Assembly (NCBI GenBank): GCA_047967505.1
Contig: CM106538.1
DNA: 64,000 bases
Source of the DNA: Dipteris shenzhenensis
Lineage: Eukaryota
Strand: one strand, 5' to 3'
The notes beneath the pieces are model-generated. The model worked only from the letters and a program-made list of their open reading frames with translations, did not search any database and was not told where the DNA came from. This document shows positions 50,045-62,239 of the stretch, in pieces. Position 1 is the first letter of the stretch. Every line of letters begins with the position of its first letter. The translations under genes were made by a program, and so were the position numbers.

Positions 50045-53000
50045 CATTTCTCCGATGGGCACAAAACTTTGTACACGCCTCAACCTAGTCTTATTGACTT
50101 GCATACAAAGTGATGCACCCATCCCATAAGTACTTGTTCGGATAACAAACCTCCAAACGTATTTTATGACGATTGTGCATAACACTAGGAACAAAATGAT
50201 GTATAATGTGAGATCGACTATGCAAAGCATATCCAATGGACACAAGACTTTGCACGTTCCTCAACCTGGACAGTATTAACTTGTGTGCAAAGTGGCATCC
50301 CCATCCGATAAGTACTTGTTTGAAAAATACACCTACAAAGGATATCCGATGGGCACAACACTTTTCGTACGCCTCAACCTAGGTGGCATTGGAATGTTCT
50401 CAAAGAGACACACCCATCCGATAAGTACTTGGTTAGATAACACACCTAAGGGCGTGTTTCTTACGGATGTGCATATCACTCAGGAAAAAATGGTGTATAA
50501 TGCGTGATCGACCATGCAAAGCGTATCCGATGGTGACAATACATTGCATGCACCTCAAGGTAGTTGAAACGGACTTGCGTGCAAAGTGGAGCCCCCATCC
50601 GATAAGTACTTGTTTGAATAACACACCTAAGACCGTGTTTTTTCATGGTTGTGTGTGACACTAAGGCAAAAACGGTGTTTTATGCTTGATCGACAATGCA
50701 AAGAATATCCGATGGGCACAATACTTTGCACACACCTTCAACTAGTTGGAATTGACTTACATGCAAAGTGGCACGCCCATCCCATAAGTGCTTGATCGGA
50801 TAACATACCTAGCAGCATGTTTTTTTACGGATGTGCATGACACTAGAGCAAAAATAGTATTTAATGCTCGATCGACCATGCAAAGGATATCCGATGGGCA
50901 CAACACTTTTCATACACCTCAACCTATGTGGTATTGAAATGTTCTCAATGAGGCACACCCATCCGATAGATACTTGGTCAGATAACACACCTAATGGCGT
51001 GTTTTTTTGCGGATGTCCATATCACTAGGAAAAAAATGATGTATAATGCGTGATCAACCATGCAAAGCATATTCGATGGTGACAATACTTTGCACGCACC
51101 TCAACGTAGTTGAAACGGACTTGCGTGCAAAATGGAGCCCCCATCCGATAAGTACTTATTTGAATAACACACCTACGACTGTGTTTTTATATGGTTGTGC
51201 ATGACACAAAGGCAAAAACGGTGTTTTATGCTTGATCGACAATGCAAAGCATATCCGATGGGCACAATACTTTGCACACACCTTCAATTAGGTGGAATTG
51301 AATTACATGCAAAGTGGCATTCCCATCGCATAAGTACTTGATCGGATAACACACCTAGTAGTGTGTTTTTTTACGGATGTGCATGACAATAAGGCAAAAA
51401 TGGTATTTAATGCTCGATCGACCATGCAAAGCATATCCGATGGGCACAATACTTTTCCTACACCTTAACCTAGGTGGTATTGAAATTTTCTCAAAGAGGC
51501 ACACCCATCCGATAAGTACTTGGTCAGATAACATACCTAAGGGCATGTTTTTTTATGGATGTGCATATCACTACGGGAAAAATGTTGTATAATGCGTAAT
51601 CCACCATGCAGAGCATATCCGATGGTGACAATACTTTGCATGCATCTCAACCTAGTTGAAACGGACTTGCGTGCAAACTAGAGCCCCCATCCGATAAGTA
51701 CTTGTTTGATTAACACACTTAGGGCCGTGTTTTTTCATGGTTGTGCATGACACTAAGGCAAAAACGGTGTTTTATGCTTGATCGACAATGCAAAGCATAT
51801 CCGATGGGCACAATACTTTGCACACACCTTCAAATATGTGGAATTGACTTACATGCAAAGTGGCACTCCCATCCCATAAGTGCTTGATCGGATAGCATAC
51901 CTAGCAGCGTGTTTTTTTACGGATGTGTATGACACTGAGCAAAAATAGTACTTAATGCTCGATCGACCATGCAAAGGATATCCGATGGGCACAACACTTT
52001 TCGTAGTTGAAACAGACTTGTGTGCAAAGTGAAGCCCCCATCCGATAAGTACTTGTTTGATTAACACACCTAGGACCATGTTTTTTCATGGTTGTGCATG
52101 ACACTAAGGAAAAAACATTGTTTTATGTTTGATCGACAATGCAAAGCATATCCGATGGGCACAATACTTTGCACACACCTTCAACTAGGTGGAATTGACT
52201 TACATGCAAAGTGGCACACCCATCCCATAAGTGCTTGATCGGATAATATACCTAGCAACGTGTTTTTTTACGGATGTGCATGACACGAGCAAAAATAGTA
52301 TTTAATGCTCGATCGACCATGCAAAGGATATCCGATGGGCACAACACTTTTCGTACGCCTCAACCTAGGTGGTATTGAAATGTTCTCAAAGAGGCACACC
52401 TATCCGATAAGTACTTGGTCAGATAACACACCTAAGGGCGTGTTTTTTTGCGGATGTGCATATCACTAGAGAAAAAATGGTGTATAAGGCGTGATCGACT
52501 ATGCAAAGCATATCCGATGGTGACAATACTTTGCACCCACCTCAATGTAGTTGAAAGGGACTTGTGTGCAAAATGGAGCCCCCATCCAATAAGTACTTGT
52601 TTGAATAACACACCTAAGACCGTGTTTTTTCATGGTTGTGCATGACACTAAGGCAAAAACAGTGTTTTATGCTTGATCGACAATGCAAAGCATATCTGAT
52701 GGGCACAATAATTTGCACACACCTTCAACTAGGTGGAATTGACTTACATGCAAAGTGGCACGCCCATCCCATAAGTGCTTGATCGGATAGCATACCTAGC
52801 AGCGTGTTTTTTTATGGATGTGCATGACACTAGAGCAAAAATAGTATTTAATGCTCGATCGACCATGCAAAGGATATCCGATGGGCACAACACTTTTCGT
52901 AGTTGAATTAGACTTGCGTGCAAAGTGGAGCCCCCATCTGATAAGTACTTGTTTGATTAACACACCTAGGACCGTGTTTTTTCATGATTGTGCATGACAC

Positions 53001-54360
53001 TAAGGAAAAAACGTTGTTTTATGCTTGATCGACAATGCAAACCATATCCGATGGGCACAATACTTTGCACACACCTTCAACTAGATGCAATTGACTTACA
53101 TGCAAAGTGGCACTCCCATCCCATAAGTGCTTGATCGGATAACATACCTAGCAGCTTGTTTTTTTACGGATGTGCATGACACTAGAGCAAAAATAGTATT
53201 TATTGCTCGATCGATCATGCAAAGGATATCCGATGGGCACAACACTTTTCTTATGCCTCAACCTAGGTGGTATTGGAATGTTCTCAAAGAGGCACACCAT
53301 CCGATAAGTACTTGGTCAGATAACACACCTAAGGGCGTGTTTTTTTGTGGATGTGCATATCACTCGGGAAAAAATGGTGTATAATGCATGATCGACCATG
53401 CAAAGCACATCCGATGGTGACAATACTTTGCATGCACCTCAACGTAGTTGAAAGGGACTTGCGTGCAAAGTGGAGCCCCCATCTGATAAGTACTTGTTTG
53501 AATAACACACCTAGGGCTGTGTTTTTATATGGTTGTGCATGACACTAAGGCAAAAACGGTGTTTTATGCTTGATCCACAATGAAAAGCATATCCGATGGG
53601 CACAATACTTTGCACACACCTTCAACCAGGTGGAATTGACTTACATGCAAAGTGGCATTCCCATCGCATAAGTACTTGATTAGATAACACACCTAGTAGC
53701 GTGTTTTTTTAACGGATGTGCATGACACGAGCAAAAATAGTATTTAATGCTCGATCGACCATGCAAAGCATATCCGATGGGAACAATACTTTTTGTACGC
53801 CTTAACCTAGGTGGTATTGAAATTTTGTCAAAGAGGCACACCCATCCAATAAGTACAAGTGGTCAGATAACATACCTAAGGGCGTGTTTTTGTGCAGATG
53901 TGCATATCACTACGGGAAGAACGTTGTATAATGCATAATCGACCATGCAAAGCATATCCCATGGTGACAATACTTTGCACGCATCTCAACCTAGTTGAAA
54001 CGGACTTGCGTGAAAAGTGGAGCCCCCATCCAATAAGTACTTCTTTGATTAACACACTTAGGGCCGTGTTTTTTCATGGTTGTGCATGACACTAAGGCAA
54101 AAACGGTGTTTTATGCTTGATCGACAATGGAAAGCATATCCGATGGGCACAATACTTTGCACACACCTTCAACTAGGTGGAATTGACTTACATGCAAAGT
54201 GGCACACCCATCCCATAAGTGCTTGATTGGATAACATACCTAGTAGGCTCGTGTTTTTTTACGGATGTGCATGACACTAGAGCAAAATTAGTATTTAATG
54301 CTCGATCGACCATGCAAAGGATAACTTGGCATGTCCATCTGATGAGTACTTGATCGGATA
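50045..54360 (+). repeat. About 182-bp satellite array, ~24 monomers, A-B-C higher-order repeat
   Basis: TCCGATGG anchor at about 50345, 50526, 50708, 50890, 51072, 51254 and onward, spaced 181-183 bp. Three monomer types alternate. Confidence 0.97.
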
Positions 54361-54487
54361 ACTTCTCCCACCAATAAATTAAGTACTAATTAAAAATTAT
54401 AATAAATGAGCAGATTATTAAAAAGAGACTAATATTTATGTAATTATTGCTACTGCAGCTTGCTTATGAAGGACTCTCACAAAGGAG

Positions 54488-56916
54488 ATGGCTATAGATT
54501 TTGTTCTAGGGATGAATGTGATTTTATGTAGCAAAAGAGAAGTAGTTGCATTTGCTACAATCCATAATAGTGATCCCAATTCAGTTTGCCACTTTCGAAG
54601 ACTTGGCGAAGATAAGGTGGCAGTTACTGTATCAAAGATTCTTAGCGCACATGTTGAGCTAAAGTAAAAATGTGGAGATATGGAAACACTTGGAGATGTT
54701 ATGCCCTACAATACATCCAACAAATCATTTATAGCATGGGACAAAGATGAGACTTATGCAACAGACATTATCAAGAAAACAAAGTGCACCACCTTGGATT
54801 TTACTATAGGGGACATTTTACAAATGAGATCATTTGCAAATAAGACTGTAGCAGAAGGTGAAGTATTGGGATTTGAACAAGTGGAGCAATGGTCATTTGC
54901 ACAGATGAGGATTCTAAAAGTCACGGATGATGGTATGGTTGATAACATAACATCCTTATGTGATTCCTACTATGAGGTAGGCAAGAATATGAGATGGAGC
55001 ATGCAATTTTTAAACTTGAGAAAGAGGCACGTGGTTTTCAATGATAAAGACAAGGTATACTACAATATCAAAGGACCTAAAAAGCGTGCCCATGTGCCAG
55101 GCTCTATCACTTCAAATGTGGATGATTTCAATATACTCAATTATAGAAGTGACATCTTATCTGGAGTGGATGAGTTCATTGGTTCCGAGAAACAAAATGA
55201 TTTTAGAAGTGAAGCCTTATCTGGGGTGGATGAATTCTTGCACAGTGAGAAGGGCAAAGGTTTCAATAGCGATGTCTTGTCAAGTGTGAATGAGTTCATG
55301 CATATTAACAAACCTGGTGTCAATCAAGCTTGTGGATTTGTGAAAGCCATGCAAGATGTCCCAATGAGTGATGTTCTCTCAAGAGTGGAAGAGTTTCAAG
55401 GTTCTCAATACTCTCGTAGAATATTGAATTCATTGAATGGTCCTAAGAGTATGTTAAAAACGAGGATGAGATCAACAGAGGATTATTCAATATTTAACTT
55501 TGATTGCGATATGGAGAAGGATGCAACGACCAATCATGGATGCTTGGTTACAAACAAATGTGAGGAGAAGAAGTGCCTAAATACAGATAACAACGTGCAC
55601 GAGGAACGAAAACGGTCATACATAAGCATGAAGACAAAGCGAATCCAGGCAGATTCACAAAAGCAACCAAAGAGGAAGAGAGTAATGAAGGAAGAGAACA
55701 TGTTAAATGCCTTGGGATATCTATGTTGCAAGCGAAGATATATGCGCTTCATTGATCTTGCAGACATCAGGGAATGTAGAGGACACGTGTGGCAAAGAAG
55801 AGGAAGCGAAAGAAATGAATACCTTCTCACAAGTCTCTCTTGCTTTCTTCAGAATGGCAATAAAAGACTAAGTTCAAGACAAAAGGTAAAACCTCTCGTA
55901 AATTGAAAAGGATTTGCAATAAGGCATATCGCAATATTGATGGATTATCCCATGGTACATATTGGGATTTAGTCACCAAGGCAAAGGGCGGCAACAAATT
56001 TAGCATTCACGGTAATAGAGGAAGGTCCAAATCAAGAATCTCAACTGTCAGGGCAACAGCAATTTTGCAAGACTTCATACATGAAAATGCTTTACCTCAA
56101 CCCCATATATCCACCAAACTTCCTAACGGTGACGCGATCACTGAAATGCACCTTCCAATGGGCTTGACAAAGCTCGAAGTATTTGACTCTATTGCAGAAA
56201 AGCAAAGGCAAAGAGGGGATGCCGTAGCTTCTTCTCATACTTTGTATACTCTTTGGAAGAAGAACTTTGGATATGTTAAAATCCCAAGGAGGCAAAAAAT
56301 GTCAAAGTGCAATGTCTGTGATGATTTAAAGCGAGCGATTGAGAGTGCAACATGTCCAAATCAAAGGGAATTATACTAAAAAAACCAAAAATCTCATCAT
56401 GACCTTATTTGACATTCCAGACAAAAATATGCATTTTGGAAGGAGCAAGCTATTTCGCATCCCGATGACTACATGTGCCTTATTGTAGATGGCATGGATC
56501 AGAATACAACAACATTGCCTTGTTTTGTTGCCACTTCACCTAAATTACAAGGAAAGCACTTTCTAAAGACACATCTATGTGGAGTGTTAGTGCATGGAAT
56601 TAAGTTCTTTGCAGATATATGGATTGATTCCTTGCATCTACATGATAGCAATCAAGTTGTAACATCTATTATGAAGGCAATTCGCAATATACATGCAGAA
56701 AAAGGTCGCCTACCACGGACTTTGAGAATACAAGCTGATAATTGCTGGCGAGAAAATAAGAATGTACTCATGTTTGCATTCTGCTCCATGCTAGTTTCTC
56801 ATCGAATCTTCAATGAGGTCGAATGTGGATTTTTGTATGTTGGGCATATACATGAGGATATCGATCAGGTTTTTAGCACAGTCTCAAGGGAGCTTAAATG
56901 CAAGGTGAACTTTTGA
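54488..56916 (+). pseudogene. Disrupted DDE-type transposase (DUF7869/Sola-like) with a long N-terminal extension; C-terminus missing
   Basis: CCKR...R..YL, IC.KAY....G.S......HGNRG, LW...F..VKIP...SKC.VC, then IVDGMDQ, GVLVHG, LQ/IQADNCWRENKN and FLYVGHIHEDIDQVFS. Stop at 54665 and frameshifts near 55900 and 56380-56410. Confidence 0.8.
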
Positions 56917-57000
56917 TTTGGGAAGAATATTTTCAAAAAGTAAAATTTTGATTTGGGAAGGATATTTTCACAAAGTAAACTTTTCATTTGGGAAGGATTT
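56904..57000. repeat. About 37-bp tandem repeat (2.5 copies) at the transposase breakpoint
   Basis: TTTTGATTTGGGAAG.ATATTTTCA.AAAGTAAA repeated. Confidence 0.85.
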
Positions 57001-57174
57001 TTGGGCTTCGTCCAAAAACAACAAAAAAAGTCCAAAATTAATGAAATAGGTGTTGTTTATTGTTAAAATCTTTGGGATTAATTCGTTTTAACATTCCACC
57101 GTAATGATTGAGATCCCAAGGATGAATATCCGAATGGATCACATGGAATAATACCCCATTGCCCTTCAGAGTTA

Positions 57175-58368
57175 TCAACTTGATGCTATGGACAGAAGGA
57201 CATTTACGAGAGCCACAGGCTCAGAGAAGAAAGCCGAATGATCACTGTTCTTGATATCAAACACGCCATGTGGGGGATTTTGCTCGACTATGCTGTCTTG
57301 GATGCTTCTAGGGAAAGCACGGTCCGATGTTGATGTCCTGATATAATAACGTTTGATGCTTCCATAATTTGTAGCTGTCAGGTTCACGATGGCTTGGAAT
57401 ATTGATACTGGGGTTGGGTTCAATACAGTTTCTGCAAGCTTTACATCCTGCACCCATGAACGGATTGGTTAACTAAGCCCGATAAGCTCTGATGCATAGC
57501 TTTTGCAGGACAATCAAGGAGAATTTCTAGTTGCTTGTGAGCGTTTTTCCATACCTCAAGTGGGCTCTTGTTGTACAAATAATCCTTCGCCATGGTAACG
57601 TTAGCGTACGCAGACGTAGGGGTCGCGGAAGATGCGTCGGCAAAATTTTCAACTATAGCACCGATCAAGCAGAAACTGCCGGCAAAAGCCGCGTATGACG
57701 ATGAGAATTTGTTGTTTACCGATTTTTCTCTCGGGCATTTAGAAAAGAGAATTGGTATACCTTCTGAAGCGCCGGAATTACAAACGTTTGACCGTTTGAC
57801 GGCATAACGGCAGCAAGGAAAATGGCCTTATAAACCTTTTCCGGAAACAGCTCCATGGCATACGAGATGCTTCCTCCTCCCATGCTGTGGCCGACGAGAA
57901 TAACCTACGCAGAGCAAGAGCAAACAAAAAGATCTGAAGAGGACGCGAGGAGAAGCGACTGAAACTCTGTCGAGTAAAGGGATGAGTGACATTGTTGGCC
58001 AAGAAATCGGTTAATGGCTTTGCATATTCAGGGACGGAGGTGACGGAGTCAGCGAGGACTTTGCTAATACCGTTGGAGGTGAGGTCTATAGCGGTAACGG
58101 AGGCACCAGCGGTGTCAAGGAGAGCGATGACTCGATACCAGCACCAGGCTCCATGACCGAATCCATGGATAAGCACGAAATGGTGGTGGTGGTGATGATG
58201 ATGATGAGCGGGTGGAGCCGCAACAATCTGCAGCTGCAAGGAAATGTATTTGATAGAGAAGGAATGCAATCAAGTGGAGCAAGCAAGGCAGAGGGTGAGA
58301 GCACTTACTGGATGCAAGGATAAAGCCAGGAGAAGCAAGAAGACGGTAGTGGTGAGGTAGGAAGCCAT
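57175..58368 (-). CDS. SABP2/MES-family methylesterase (alpha/beta hydrolase) with predicted signal peptide; exons ~58368-58309, 58233-~57985, 57904-57761, 57675-57555, 57447-57175; possibly impaired
   Basis: HFVLIHGFGHGAWCWY, VILVGHSMGG (catalytic Ser), RYYIRT..DRA (Asp) and SDHSAFFS (His). Exon 1 encodes MASYLTTTVFLLLLALSLHP followed by GTAAGT. Confidence 0.85.
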
Positions 58369-58435
58369 GTTCTATACAAGACGAAGTAAAGTAGAGGACT
58401 AAAATTTGAATTGGTGAGTATAGAGAATTAGAATT

Positions 58436-59370
58436 CCTCATATTTTAAGGGCTACCGCTTCTTATATGCCAATTTATTAATGTGATGACCATTGGATCCA
58501 CATTTTGAGTTCTTATTTTCTTGAAAGACAAATGTCACATGTGGCATCACTCATGACTCATAGCAAGATGTTGGGCGTTTCTATATTTTGAGCAAAACCA
58601 TCCGAGCATCTGAGCCATACATAGGGCCCCTTTTGTGAATAAAAAGAGGCCCAAAGACCCCTTTCTTCAACGAAAAGGGCTGTTTGGGGCTATTTTTTTC
58701 ATGGACCATGTGAAAAAAAAGCCCAAAAGCCCTTTTCGTTTAAGAAAGGGGTCTTTGTGCCTCTTTTTTTTTACATGTGCCCAATGACCCCTTTTTTCAA
58801 TGAAAAGGTTTTTGGGCTACTCACCCCTTTTGTAGGGAGTTAATGAAGTATAGAGCCCTCATATTTTAAGGGCTACCGCTTCTTATATGCTAATTTATTA
58901 ATGTGATGACCATTGGATCCACATTTGAGTTCTTATTTTCTTGAAAGGCAAAGGTCACATGTGGCATCACTCATGACTCATTAATCATACATACTCGTTT
59001 AGCAAGATATTGGGGGTTTCTATATTCTGAGCAAAACCATCCGAGCATCTGAGCGAATTGAATCGTAAATGTATATTTTTGTCTCAAAGTTCATGAAATG
59101 AAGCCATACATAAGGGCCCCTTTTGTGAATAAAAGGGTCTTTGGGCCTCTTTTGTTTACATTGCCCATATTGGGCAGTTAAAAAAAAGAGGCCCAAAGAC
59201 CCCTTTCTTCAAAGAAAGGGCTTTTTGGGGCTATTTTTTTCATGGACCATGTGAAAAAAAAGCCCAAAAGCCCTTTTTATTGAAGAAAGGCGTATTAATT
59301 GGGCCTCTTTTTTTTTACATGTGCCCAATAACCCCTCTTTTTAACGAAAGGGTTTTTGGACTACTCTTTA
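58436..59370. repeat. Tandem duplication upstream of the methylesterase, containing fold-back (MITE-like) hairpins
   Basis: CCTCATATTTTAAGGGCTACCGCTTCTTATATGC at 58436 and 58857. Each unit holds a ~130-bp inverted repeat centred on CATGGACCATG. Confidence 0.9.
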
Positions 59371-60214
59371 GGGTTGCTTTCATGTGAAAAAGAGTATCCC
59401 AAAAACCCCTTTCGTTGTTTTCCTACAAAAGGGGTTTTGGGGTTGCTTTCATGTGAAAAAGAGTAGCCCAAAAACCCCTTTCTTTAAGAAAAGGGGCTTT
59501 GGGGTTGGCAATTTCCAATTAGGAGATCATGTCTCATAAGTCATTCAAGCAAAATGGAAGACAAGGAAAAGGTAATGTGCCATTGATATGCCCCCTAATA
59601 TATTATGCTCCATAGTGGAGAAGAATCTTTTGCACCAATAGAGCGGCATGTAGAGAGAATTTTGGCTATCCTCATCCTTTAAGATTTATCATACCATCTT
59701 TCAGGCTCAAGATATTACAAGCGGAGCTTTGCTGCTACTCTACACACACAATGCTCTCATAGTTGTTGTCCTAGATTGCACTTCTGGCCCTTGTTGCCAC
59801 AGGGTTAACAAATGTGGAACCAATCCTTTGAGGGAAAGAAGCAAGAAGGTCCCATATTCCAAGCGATTGGATGTAGCTAAAAGACCCCAATCTATGAGAT
59901 GTCTTTGTTCAATTTTTAATGAAGCCAATCTTAATTTTTGCCATAGGTCTTGAATGCTTGCAACCATTCAAATAAAAGTTTCCTTTTTACAAATGAGCTA
60001 CTTTAGGATATTCCTTTATACAAACAAGCTGTTTTAGAATCACAACTAGTACGGTGGTAGTACAATATAAGTGGTCTCATAATTTTTCTTTATACAAGCT
60101 ATTTTAGGATCGCAACCAACACAATGGTAGTATAGAATAAGCAGTCACTAGCACAATGGTTGATTACTTTTCATGGTTGGACATGGATATTTTTGTGTTT
60201 TCTTACCTAAATCA

Positions 60215-60278
60215 TAAACCCTAAACCCTAAGCCCTAAATGCTAAACCCCAAATCTTAAAAGTTAAACCCTAAACCAT
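60215..60278. repeat. Degenerate telomere-like (CCCTAAA) repeats
   Basis: AAACCCTAAACCCTAAGCCCTAAATGCTAAACCCCAAA...TAAACCCTAAACC. Confidence 0.75.
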
Positions 60279-60296
60279 AAAATATAAAATAAGCTG

Positions 60297-61140
60297 GGGT
60301 GGCAGTTAATTACCAGCCACTGTAGTGGCCCGCAATTACTCACCCGTCAGTTACCACCACTGGGCTTGCATGCATGATTACTATGAGTGCACTAAATTGC
60401 CAGTAAATTTGCTTCATGATTACCTTCCCGTCTAGGGTGGTGCCTAAGATTCTATCACGGTGGCCTACAGTTAATATGGATGGAACCTCGGGCCTCCGGA
60501 CCTTCAACCACCACGACGGCTCAAACTTTGTAATATATAGGATCCATGGCATTTGGCATTTTACTACGTTGCTCCCATCCACCCCTACTTTGTGCCCTTG
60601 CTCTGCTACTTTGCTCCATACGTGCCCTCCTCCAGCTCTTTAGCTCTTTTTCACCCCTGCTCTACTTTGCTCGAAATTCCTTCCTCCAACTCTCATCACT
60701 CATCTACTCCCCTCTCATCTGCTCCACTGCTCACCCGCTCATCTTCACCATGCCTACTACCACCCCTCGATGCAACGTGATCCCAATGTTATCTACCTTC
60801 TCGTATAAGGTGATTGTGTTGCACTCACATGGAGTAGAAATGCTAGCTCTAGTGGACACCCTTTGTTCCCATGGCCAATTCCCCCCATATTTACATGTCA
60901 CCACCTTAGATGACATGCTCACCTCTGGCCTCTTTATGGTTGTCCTGTATGGGTTCCCCCTAGACGTTGATGAAGGCCTCAGGATTTTCATAGCAAAGTA
61001 CTCTTGTCTTGTTGTGGAGGCCGTGATTTGAGTCCTAGCAATGTGTATGGTCTTCGGCCTCTCCATCGTCTCCTCCATTGGCTCCCTAAAACTTTTCAAT
61101 GCAACAAGATGGGCTGGTGGCAATACTAAGTTGTACCAAT
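60297..61140 (+). repeat. Dispersed repeat, copy 2 (inverted relative to 36615-38030)
   Basis: 60297-60405 is the reverse complement of part of the 250-bp unit; 60460-60960 is the reverse complement of 36615-37125. Confidence 0.85.
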
Positions 61141-61852
61141 TTCCTCTTGCTCAATGAGGCTTATAACCACTCAGCAATGGCTTGATGTAATCTTTTCGCC
61201 TCTAAGGCTCTCAAACATTGTATTAAAAAAAAAAGGGACTTGTATAAAGTCCAATTCCAAAATTGGACTAAATACATGTCCAAAGTTGTTGAATATCATA
61301 GTCCCATGGTTTTTTTTCCATATACTTCAAAACAAATATTGCAATAATGGTTGAAACTTTACACACCCACTTTTATAGAGTAACCATTGGCAGTTTTCCT
61401 AGCAACCTTTGAAAACCCAAATTTTGTCAAATTACCAAATACTAGATAAGCTTACAAAAATACCTTCTATGATTTATAATTACACTTTGGTCAACATCAC
61501 ATAGTTTTGAACCAAAGTCCAAAGTATATCAAGATGACTTGTTCTCTTGAGAGATGGTGTACATATACACCTTCTTGGTGTAAAAATACATTGTTTAAGT
61601 GTAGGCCTTTTGCAATTATAATTGGATTCGTGCTTGTTTTGACCAACTTTATGATGAAGGTTGGAGCTTGTCCCCCTATATTGTCACTGGGGAATCCAAG
61701 TAGAAGCAAAAATTGCATGTAGAGGAGATGACTTTTTGTTATATATATATATGTATGTATGTATGTATGTATGATTTGATATCAATTATAAAATTTTCCA
61801 AAAAATAATTCAAAAAATGCAAAACTTTTTGAAGTTTTAAACATTTTTTCAA

Positions 61853-62227
61853 ATATGTGGCTTGAGCCATATGTGCCCCCCAACTCTAAAACATGTGGCG
61901 TGAGCCACATGTGCCCCCCCCCCCCCCCATATGGCTTGAGCCACATGTGCCTCCCCCCCCCCTCCCCAACATATGGCTTGAGCCACATGTGGCCCCCTCG
62001 CCCCCACCCCCACCGCCCAACATGTGGCTCATGCCACATGTGCCTCCCCCACCCCCCAACATATGGCTTGAGCTACATGTGCCCCGCCCAAAACATGTGC
62101 CATGAGCCACATATGGCTTAAGCCACATGTGCCCCCCATGTAACGTGAGCCACATGTGCCCCCCCCCCCCCCCCCCAACATATGGCTTGAGCCAGATGTC
62201 TCCCCCCCCCTGGCATGAGCCACATGT
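61853..62227. repeat. Minisatellite of ~22-bp hairpins separated by oligo-C
   Basis: About 10 copies of ACATATGGCTTGAGCCACATGT-like units with C-run spacers. Confidence 0.92.
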
Positions 62228-62239
62228 TTTTTATTGCTT

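Noticed and set aside
50283-54089. Many 60-85 aa ORFs in the satellite (also 62778-63909)
   Set aside because: By-products of the tandem repeat; frames are not maintained between monomers.
50045-54360. CRISPR/guide array or hammerhead ribozyme array
   Set aside because: Variable parts recur as three fixed types rather than unique spacers. CCGATAAG only loosely resembles the CUGAUGA core and I could not build the required GAAA/stem arrangement.
60215-60278. True telomere or chromosome fusion site
   Set aside because: Only a few degenerate units in a single orientation.
61853-62227. CRISPR-like look (palindromic repeats with spacers)
   Set aside because: Spacers are just oligo-C of variable length, there are no cas genes, and the context is eukaryotic.
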